Notes under the pieces: generated by a model
Database searches by the model: none
What the model was told of the DNA's origin: nothing
What the model saw: the letters and a program-made list of their open reading frames with translations, nothing else
Assembly: GCA_035299585.1 (NCBI GenBank)
Contig: DATGWF010000077.1
Coordinates: 1,427-65,426, forward strand
Direction of reading: 5' to 3'
DNA length: 64,000 nt
Source of the DNA: Microbacteriaceae bacterium
GTDB lineage: Bacteria > Actinomycetota > Actinomycetes > Actinomycetales > Microbacteriaceae
Shown: piece after piece, positions 56,971-64,000 of the stretch
Layout: the number at the start of each line of letters is the position of its first letter
How positions within the stretch are numbered: position 1 is the first letter of the stretch
Program-made: the position numbers and the translations under genes

Positions 56971-59900
56971 ATGCGGTGGTTGACAGCAACCGCGGTGTCC
57001 GCGCGCCTTCGCGCCGGTGCCGCGGCTGTGGCGACCCTTGCGCTCGTGGCCTCTGGTCTCGTTGTGGAATCCGGGGTCGATGCCGACGGCGCCTGGGGCG
57101 CTCCCACGCGTGTCGCATCGAACCTGCTCATCAACCTCGACGGCAACGACACCACGAGCCTCGCCGCGAGCTCGCCGACGAGCTGGAACAGCATCGCTCC
57201 AGCGTCGTCGCTCGTGTCGAGCACGCTCCGCAACGTGACTCGGTACAACTCCGGTGGCATCGGCGGTCTGACACTTCCAGCGGCTGGCCAAGCTGCCGGA
57301 GGCGCGGCATTCGTGGCGGGAACCGGGGCCGTCGCGGGAGCACAGTCGGCCGACATGTGGATCAACCCCTCGAACCTCAACACCGGCTGGAACATCATCG
57401 CTTCCCGATGGTTTTCCGATAGCGCGGGTTCTTCAGCTGCCGTCCAAGACTGGCACTTCGCCATTTTCGTGAGCGGTTCCACCGGTCTGCTTCGCCTCGA
57501 CACCACCTCCCGCACCGGCAGCAACCCGATCTACGGCTCCCAGACATTCCCGACCACGGGCGCGAATGTGTGGTACCACGTCGGGTTCACCATCGATGCC
57601 AGTGGAAACGCTCAGCTGTACGTCAACGGTCGAGCCGACGGAAGCGCGACGGTTGCAAACGCAATCACGGGAAGCTCGTCTGCGCAACTCTGGGTCGGCG
57701 ACCAACGCGGCGGTATGGGTTCGTTCCCGGGCGTCATCAGCAAATTCCGGATCTACAACACCGCGCTGACCGCCGCCCAAATGCAGCAGAACTATCAGGC
57801 GGAAGGCTCGCTCTACGGCTACCCCGTGGTGACGTTCAAATCGAACTACAGCGGCGGTCCGGCTGACACCTTCCAGAACGTCGGCTACAACGTGGCGACC
57901 GCCCTGACCGGGAACACCTTCACCCGCACCGGATACAGCTTTGCCGGTTGGGCGACGAACGCCAACGGCACGGGCACGACATATGCCAACGGCGCAAACA
58001 TCACGACAACGTCGACGAGCGGCGTGGACCTCTACGCGCAATGGGCGCTCAACCCGGTGAGCCCGACCGTGAGCGGCACTCCTCGGGTCGGTCAAGCACT
58101 CACCGGCACCGCGGGTGTCTCAACAGCCCCGAGCGTCACGTCGAGCTATCAATGGCAGCGATCCGTCGACGGCTCGACCGGTTGGACCGATATTGCCGGT
58201 GCGACCGCCATCAGCTACACGGCCGTGACGGCCGATGCGGGCAACTTCCTCCGTTTGCGCCAGACCATCACCGACGGCACCGTGAGCGCGAGTGGGACGA
58301 GTACCAACACGACGGTCGTGCTCTCGGCCAACAGTGCGGCAGCCACGGCTGGCGTGAACAACGCGGTGACCGATCTCATCCCGGCCGTGCCCAATGACAG
58401 CAACGTGGTGAACGTCACGATTGTGTCCTCGAACCTCAGCACCGGACGGCTGAAGTGGAACGCGACCCCGGCGAACCTCACCGGGGTACTCGGTGCCGAC
58501 CCGAACACCACCGGCTGGATTCCGAAAGAGACGCATTCGAGCACATGGGCGACCGCGGGATTCCCGATTCTCAGTTTCCGCGGAACCGGTGCCGACGTTC
58601 GCACCGCGATGGCGACACTGAACTACACCTCGACGACGGTGCAAACCGACACGCTGCGCATCTATGTGAACTCCGGGAGCAGTCAAGACGCGCACGCTCT
58701 GAACTACATTCCGATCGTCGACAACGGCAACCAGCTCACCTTCCACTACTACGCCTTCCAGACCCAGACCGCGCGAATCTGGACCGACACCCAGGCATAC
58801 CTTCAGGGGCTCACCGACATCGGCACCGGAGTGGTTTCGCCGAACAAGTGGCACCTCATGACACCGCGGTACTGGATTGAAGACAGCCGCGGTTGGGGAC
58901 TCAGCGCCTGGGCCGGCAGGCCTGCCGCAAACAACGTGCTGCTCGGGGGCACGGCAAACGCTGGCTCATCGAGCTGGTACTACCCGGCCGGCACGGACGG
59001 GTACACGAGCCAATCCATTTTCTCGGTCAACGCAACCGCGCAAACCGGCTTCTACGGAGCCACGTGGTACCCGCAAGACGCCGGCACGTCTGTCAGCCGC
59101 GGCATGGAGTACTGGTGCAACAGCTGCACGATGTCGAACGGAAACATCTCGGGGACGGGAACGTTCTTTGCCTGGGATGACATTCCTCGTGACACCACCG
59201 CCATCGGCGCGTACATTGCGGAGACCTGGTCGAGCACTCCGCTCGCCACCTCGACAAGCTCGACCGCCGCGCAAACCGTTCGGACCGTTGTCGGCCCGGA
59301 CGCTCCGACCGGACTCTCCGCGACACCGAGCACATCGACAAGTGTCACCCTGAACTGGACCGCTCCCGCGAGCACGGGCACGGACCCCGTCACCGACTAC
59401 ACGATTCAGACCTCCAGCGACCAGTCCACTTGGACGACCTTTGCCGACGGAGTCTCGAGCGCGACGACCGCGACCGTCACCGGATTGATGACCGGGCAAA
59501 CCTATTGGTTCCGAGTTGCGGCGGTGACGAGCACCGGCGGTGCGTATTCGACGACGGCTTCGGCGTTCACGACGCTGACCGGGAATACCAACGCGCTCGG
59601 TGGATACTCCGTGCCCTCGAACCTCACCGGAACAATTCGGGTACTGCTCTGGTCGAGTAACCCGAACGGCAAGCTCTCTGTCACCTCGGCGACCAACATC
59701 GACGGCGGCATCCGGAACACCGCGAACTATCCCGACACGAACGCCTACACCCCGATCAACGGATTCAACCCGGCGACCATTCTGAGCGCGGGCCGCATGA
59801 TCGGTCTCGTCGACACCAGTGCGAGCGAACTCAACGCAGCGCTCGCAACGCTGAAGTATTCCTCCGCGACCGCCTCGACCGACACCATCCGAATGTGGGT

Positions 59901-62900
59901 GTCGAACGGAACCGAGTACATCCCCATTGCGAACGGATCGAACGTTGAGTTCCACTACTACGGATACGTCGGTTCGAGCCAGACCTGGGCAAACGCACGC
60001 AACACGAGCAACGCCGGTGCCGCACGTACCATCGACGGCGAATCATTGGCGGCGGGCACGTCGTTCTTGGCAACGGCGCGCTATCGCGCCGAAGACCTGT
60101 ATCTGAAGTCGCTCAATTCGAGCTCGGCCTGGTTGAGCGCGGCCGACTTCAGCACGGTCGATGGGAGCAATGCGGAAGGCTCCTGGAAGTGGTACGGCGC
60201 CGACGCGAACGGCAACACGGGCGTGCAGTTCTGGTCCGGCGGGCAGGCGGGGTCGTCGGTCGGTGGCGAATACCAGAACTGGGTTGCGTCGGCTGCGACC
60301 ACCCTGCTCGAACCCAACGGAGGCACCGGCGAGAACTGCCTCGGCTACAACGGTGGCGGCACGTTCAACACCGCGCCGACCTCGGGAGTGGCCTGGAACG
60401 ACTTTGGCTGCACGGGAACCACGACCGGGTATTACTGGGAAGCATTCAAGACGGGTGCGCCGTATGGGTCGAACACCTCGAACCCCGGCGCGAGCAACTA
60501 TGCCGCACCCGCGGTGTCGTCCACCATTTCCGTCGCGGCTCCCGTCGCCGCACCGACCGGCCTCACGGCAACGAGTGCGACCGCCGGTCAGATCGACCTG
60601 AGCTGGACAGCCCCCGCCGGTGTGAACGGCATCACCAGCTATTCGATTCAAACCACGACCGACGGCTCCACCTGGACGGAGACCCGCACCACCGCATCGA
60701 CGGCGACGACCCACACCCTGACGGGACTCACGAGCGGCACCTATTACCACATCCGTGTCGCCGCAATCACGGCGAACGGCACGGGCTCGTACGCCTCGAC
60801 GTACTTCACGCCCAACGGCGGGAACCGCATCAGTGCGACGACCAACACGGCGAAGACCATCACTACGATGCAGGTGGATACCGCCATCGGTTCGACGCGC
60901 TACGTGCGCGTCGTGCTTCGCGCCACGAACGCCGGTGCCACCCTCAAACTCGCCGGATCGACCGCAAACATCGGCGCCCAGCGAGGAACCGCGAACGCGG
61001 CAAGCCTCAGCGCCGCCGGGCAGATGATCGGTCTGACCGGAACCGTCGCGAACGTCAACCTCGCACTCCAGGGTCTCAGCTACACCGGACCGGGTTCCGC
61101 GACGACGGACTCGATTGCGATGTGGGTCTCCGCGGGAACGACCGCGAGTACCCCGCGGGATTTCGTGCCCGTCGTGAACAGCCGAGGCGAGGTGGAATTC
61201 CACTACTTCGGATTCACCAACAGCACCCTCACATGGCAGGGGGCATTCAACGCGGCCGCCGCCGACTCCACCCAGATCAACGGCGTCAATGCTCCGGGCA
61301 AGTTCCTCGCCACGCTCGAGAGCCTCGATCAGCAGGTCGCCGCCATGCAGTACTACACCAATGGCGCCTGGCTCGGCGGCGGTGACTACACGGCCGTGAA
61401 CTCGGCGAACGCGGACGGCGCATGGTACTGGCTCGGCCCTGACACGGGCGTGACCCAGTTCTACAGCGGAAGCAACGCGAGCGGCACTGGCGGCATCGTG
61501 GGCGGATCGTTTGTCGCCTGGGGCGCGAGCAACTCGACAACACAGCAGGAGCCCAACAACGGCGTCCAGCAAAACTGTCTGGCGACAATCGCCACCCCGA
61601 ACGCCCTCACCAACTCTGGATTCGTTGCGGTCTCGGCCGTTGGCGGTTACGCCTGGGACGACGGCTCGTGTACCAGCACCCAATCGTCATATGTCTGGGA
61701 ATACGTCTCGAACGAACCCGTCGGTGGCGCGACCCCGGGCGACAACTACGCGACCATGACGGCGCAGGCCGTTGTGGTCAACCCCAATGCCGATGCGCCC
61801 ACCGCCGTCACCGCGAACGCTGCCGGGTCGACGGCCGTCGCGGTCGGCTGGACAAGCCCGACCGTCTACGACTCCAACCCGCTCACCGGCTACACCGTCC
61901 AGTATTCGACGAGCTCGAGCTTCACTTCGCCATCGTCATTCGCAACGGGCTCGACCTCGCCGTTCGCACTCGTGACCGGGCTCACCGCGAACACGACCTA
62001 CTATTTCCGCGTCTTCGCGACCGGTTCCGGTTGGACGGGCCTCACCAGCGCCGCGACCGGGGCCGTCACCACCCCATCGAGCGCAACCAGCATCACCATT
62101 GTCAGCTCGGGCGGTGCCGCCGCGAGCGCGTACAGCCTGACCGGTGGCATTGTGACCGTGAAGACCGGCACGAGCGTGAGCATCAATGCGGCGGACGTGG
62201 TCACGCAGCTTGGCGCCCGTGATGTGCAGATTGCCGCGGACTCCGTCACGATCAACGCTGCCCTCGCGTGGACTGCCAACACCCGACTCACTCTCGGCTT
62301 GTCGAGCGCCTCGACGGTGAACGTCAATGCCGATATCTCGTCGGGCTCCGCGACCGCCGGAGTCGCCATCTTGCCGGCGGCCTGTGCGTTCAGTTCCGCT
62401 GGTAGCTACTCGGGCTGTTACTCGCTCGATGTCAAGAGCGGTGCCAACATTGCCCTCAGTGGAGCGACGCCCACACTCGCAATCGGCGGCCAGGCGTACA
62501 CCGTGCTGAATACGGCCGCGCAGGTTCGGGCACTCAGCAGTAACGCGGGCACTGGCCTGTATGCAGTGACGAACGACGTCGACCTGTCCGGTACGACGGC
62601 AACGACATCAATCGCGTTTGCCAGCGGGTTCTCGGGCACGTTCGACGGTCTCGGTAACACCGTTCGCGGCATTACCTCGAGCGGAAGTTCGTCGTTCGGG
62701 TTCATGCAGTCGATCCAGTCGCCGGGTGTGGTGCGGAACCTCGGCGTGAACGCAAACATCACCCTGACGGCTCCGGGCGCGACTGCAGCCATTGTCGGCG
62801 GCGGTCTGGCCGGGTTCGTGGGCACGGCGGGAAACACCACGATTGACCAGGTGTGGACGACCGGTTCGATTCAAACCGGAAGCGGCTCGTACGGGGCCAT

Positions 62901-64000
62901 CTCGGCCGGTGGTCTCGTGGGAAACGCCTGGGGAAGCTCGCTCAGGATAACGCGCTCGTGGTCGAGCATGAACATCGATACGAGCGCCACGCCCACCTTC
63001 AGCAACGTCGCGCTATCGGGCGGCGGAAGCCAAGCGACCGGCCCGTGTCTTGGCATCGGCGGCCTCGTCGGAACGAACACCGGATCGTTCTGCACGAGCA
63101 GCGCCGGGGCGAACATCTCCGTTGAGCAGGTCTACAGCACGGGCTCGCTCAAGCGGGGAGCCGCTCCGACGTGGCACGGCGTCGGCGGCCTGTTCGGTGT
63201 GGTCACGACGGGTTCTACGGTGTCAGCTACTGACGCGTTCACGTGGGGCCGATACAGCTCGACCGACAGCTTGGCAAGTGTCGGCGGCATGACCGGCTTT
63301 GGAACCGCAAGCTACACCCGGACGTACACCTCGCACTCGGCATGTGCGGCGAACACGACGGCAACCGGGTGTACCTCCAGTGTGCGGCCCGGAACGACCG
63401 GCACCTATTCGACCGCGGCCTGGACCTCGACCAACGGCACCACCCTCGCGAACCTCGCATCCCCGACCATCGCCCTGTTTGTCCGGCCCACCGCCCCGAG
63501 CGACGGGAGCGCGGCAACGGTCGGATACTCGGTGACCGACGCGGCTGGCAACGACTACAAGTCTCTGATGGGTACGACCGGATACCCGACGCTCTCGGGG
63601 GCACCCACCTGGGACACCATCACCACCAGTTCGGGAATCGGGTCGTACAGCGTGACCTATGCCTCGGGGCTGTCACTCACCGGTTCCGGCTCGAGCGCGT
63701 ACACCTTGAATGCGGCGCCGACGGGCACGACCATTGCCATCACCAAGGTGGCCCAAACCATCACCTGGTCTCCGACCACCGCGCTCGTTCGCACCGACAG
63801 CGGCACCGTGCTTCCCGCGGCAACGACCGACGGCGCTGGCGCCATCAGTTACGCGGTGAGCGCGGGAACGGCCTCGTGTGCCTTCAACGCGACGACTCGC
63901 GCACTGACCTTCACTGCGAGCGGAACCTGTGACATCACGGTCACGGCCGCCGCCACGAGCACCAACCTCCAAGCGACCCTCACCCGAACCTTCACCATCG
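56971..64000 (+). CDS. giant secreted multidomain surface protein, 3'-partial (at least 2,343 codons; LamG, InlB-B-repeat, Ig, 3x[unknown domain + C-type-lectin-like + FN3], beta-helix/GLUG, MBG, Ig)
   Basis: Not in the supplied track. Frame +1 was hand-translated from ATG 56971 (preceded by in-frame TGA 56965) to 64000 without a stop. All listed + ORFs in this span lie in the other two frames. N-terminal signal peptide MRWLTATAVSARLRAGAAAVATLALVASGLVV. Domain motifs are listed in the findings. Confidence 0.9.
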   Translation, partial: MRWLTATAVSARLRAGAAAVATLALVASGLVVESGVDADGAWGAPTRVASNLLINLDGNDTTSLAASSPTSWNSIAPASSLVSSTLRNVTRYNSGGIGGLTLPAAGQAAGGAAFVAGTGAVAGAQSADMWINPSNLNTGWNIIASRWFSDSAGSSAAVQDWHFAIFVSGSTGLLRLDTTSRTGSNPIYGSQTFPTTGANVWYHVGFTIDASGNAQLYVNGRADGSATVANAITGSSSAQLWVGDQRGGMGSFPGVISKFRIYNTALTAAQMQQNYQAEGSLYGYPVVTFKSNYSGGPADTFQNVGYNVATALTGNTFTRTGYSFAGWATNANGTGTTYANGANITTTSTSGVDLYAQWALNPVSPTVSGTPRVGQALTGTAGVSTAPSVTSSYQWQRSVDGSTGWTDIAGATAISYTAVTADAGNFLRLRQTITDGTVSASGTSTNTTVVLSANSAAATAGVNNAVTDLIPAVPNDSNVVNVTIVSSNLSTGRLKWNATPANLTGVLGADPNTTGWIPKETHSSTWATAGFPILSFRGTGADVRTAMATLNYTSTTVQTDTLRIYVNSGSSQDAHALNYIPIVDNGNQLTFHYYAFQTQTARIWTDTQAYLQGLTDIGTGVVSPNKWHLMTPRYWIEDSRGWGLSAWAGRPAANNVLLGGTANAGSSSWYYPAGTDGYTSQSIFSVNATAQTGFYGATWYPQDAGTSVSRGMEYWCNSCTMSNGNISGTGTFFAWDDIPRDTTAIGAYIAETWSSTPLATSTSSTAAQTVRTVVGPDAPTGLSATPSTSTSVTLNWTAPASTGTDPVTDYTIQTSSDQSTWTTFADGVSSATTATVTGLMTGQTYWFRVAAVTSTGGAYSTTASAFTTLTGNTNALGGYSVPSNLTGTIRVLLWSSNPNGKLSVTSATNIDGGIRNTANYPDTNAYTPINGFNPATILSAGRMIGLVDTSASELNAALATLKYSSATASTDTIRMWVSNGTEYIPIANGSNVEFHYYGYVGSSQTWANARNTSNAGAARTIDGESLAAGTSFLATARYRAEDLYLKSLNSSSAWLSAADFSTVDGSNAEGSWKWYGADANGNTGVQFWSGGQAGSSVGGEYQNWVASAATTLLEPNGGTGENCLGYNGGGTFNTAPTSGVAWNDFGCTGTTTGYYWEAFKTGAPYGSNTSNPGASNYAAPAVSSTISVAAPVAAPTGLTATSATAGQIDLSWTAPAGVNGITSYSIQTTTDGSTWTETRTTASTATTHTLTGLTSGTYYHIRVAAITANGTGSYASTYFTPNGGNRISATTNTAKTITTMQVDTAIGSTRYVRVVLRATNAGATLKLAGSTANIGAQRGTANAASLSAAGQMIGLTGTVANVNLALQGLSYTGPGSATTDSIAMWVSAGTTASTPRDFVPVVNSRGEVEFHYFGFTNSTLTWQGAFNAAAADSTQINGVNAPGKFLATLESLDQQVAAMQYYTNGAWLGGGDYTAVNSANADGAWYWLGPDTGVTQFYSGSNASGTGGIVGGSFVAWGASNSTTQQEPNNGVQQNCLATIATPNALTNSGFVAVSAVGGYAWDDGSCTSTQSSYVWEYVSNEPVGGATPGDNYATMTAQAVVVNPNADAPTAVTANAAGSTAVAVGWTSPTVYDSNPLTGYTVQYSTSSSFTSPSSFATGSTSPFALVTGLTANTTYYFRVFATGSGWTGLTSAATGAVTTPSSATSITIVSSGGAAASAYSLTGGIVTVKTGTSVSINAADVVTQLGARDVQIAADSVTINAALAWTANTRLTLGLSSASTVNVNADISSGSATAGVAILPAACAFSSAGSYSGCYSLDVKSGANIALSGATPTLAIGGQAYTVLNTAAQVRALSSNAGTGLYAVTNDVDLSGTTATTSIAFASGFSGTFDGLGNTVRGITSSGSSSFGFMQSIQSPGVVRNLGVNANITLTAPGATAAIVGGGLAGFVGTAGNTTIDQVWTTGSIQTGSGSYGAISAGGLVGNAWGSSLRITRSWSSMNIDTSATPTFSNVALSGGGSQATGPCLGIGGLVGTNTGSFCTSSAGANISVEQVYSTGSLKRGAAPTWHGVGGLFGVVTTGSTVSATDAFTWGRYSSTDSLASVGGMTGFGTASYTRTYTSHSACAANTTATGCTSSVRPGTTGTYSTAAWTSTNGTTLANLASPTIALFVRPTAPSDGSAATVGYSVTDAAGNDYKSLMGTTGYPTLSGAPTWDTITTSSGIGSYSVTYASGLSLTGSGSSAYTLNAAPTGTTIAITKVAQTITWSPTTALVRTDSGTVLPAATTDGAGAISYAVSAGTASCAFNATTRALTFTASGTCDITVTAAATSTNLQATLTRTFTI
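58321..59574 (+). repeat. supermodule copy 1 of the giant protein (unknown domain + degenerate CTLD + FN3)
   Basis: Anchors: ...AMATLNYTS..TDTLRIYVNSG...LTFHYYAF (58735-), ...FFAWDDIPRD..., FN3 at 59296-59574 (PTGLSATPSTSTSVTLNWTAP...YWFRVAAVTSTG). Confidence 0.7.
59575..60813 (+). repeat. supermodule copy 2 (unknown domain + CTLD with EPN/WND + FN3)
   Basis: Anchors: ...ALATLKYSS..TDTIRMWVSNG...VEFHYYGY (59944-), EPN at 60310-60318, WND at 60394-60402, FN3 at 60541-60813. Confidence 0.75.
60814..62076 (+). repeat. supermodule copy 3 (unknown domain + CTLD with EPN/WDD + FN3)
   Basis: Anchors: ...ALQGLSYTG..TDSIAMWVSAG...VEFHYFGF (61192-), EPN at 61549-61557, WDD at 61654-61662, FN3 at 61789-62076. 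Confidence 0.75.

Noticed and set aside
58966-61683. Long ORFs inside the giant gene (58966..59955 -, 60043..61683 -, 60189..61385 +, 63243..63932 +)
   Set aside because: All lie in other frames, or antisense to, the uninterrupted +1 frame. That frame yields recognisable LamG, FN3, CTLD and GLUG sequence, whereas these translate to Arg/Gly/His/Pro-rich strings.

Overview
High-GC actinobacterial (Micrococcales-like, inferred from composition and gene content only) core chromosome, tightly packed with about 60 recognisable genes. Many are translationally coupled by 4-nt start/stop overlaps.

Gene order:
- Gluconeogenic trio: long-form GAPDH, RamB/ScfR-like XRE regulator, pckG.
- Iron cluster: DtxR/IdeR-boxed siderophore uptake operon, plus a siderophore-interacting flavoprotein and an exporter-fold ABC protein.
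- ribD-ribE-ribBA-ribH behind an FMN riboswitch.
- xthA-trpS and a YihY/BrkB protein.
- Split fructose PTS operon (fruR-pfkB-IIA-IIB-IIC-ptsH), divergent from ptsI-glpD-glpK.
- sdhCDAB and a manC-like gene.
- Nucleoside salvage block: BMP-type ABC importer, cdd, deoA, add.
- A heterodimeric ABC exporter pair.
- An alkyltransferase-like (ATL) protein and GNATs.
- purU, divergent from glyA-folD, which sits behind a ZTP (pfl) riboswitch.
- A LacI regulator with an output-less triple-PAS protein.
- An LAxTG-anchored acidic surface protein and tRNA-Lys(UUU).

The most unusual object is absent from the supplied ORF track. Frame +1 is open from ATG 56971 to the window edge at 64000 (at least 2,343 codons, no stop on hand translation). 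It encodes a giant secreted protein: LamG, InlB-B-repeat and Ig units, then three ~415-aa supermodules (unassigned domain, C-type-lectin-like domain, FN3). Two of the lectin-like domains keep canonical EPN...WND/WDD sugar/Ca motifs. A beta-helix/GLUG/MBG/Ig stalk follows.

I found no CRISPR array, transposase, integrase or recognisable defence system. Most long antisense ORFs in the track are high-GC shadow ORFs.
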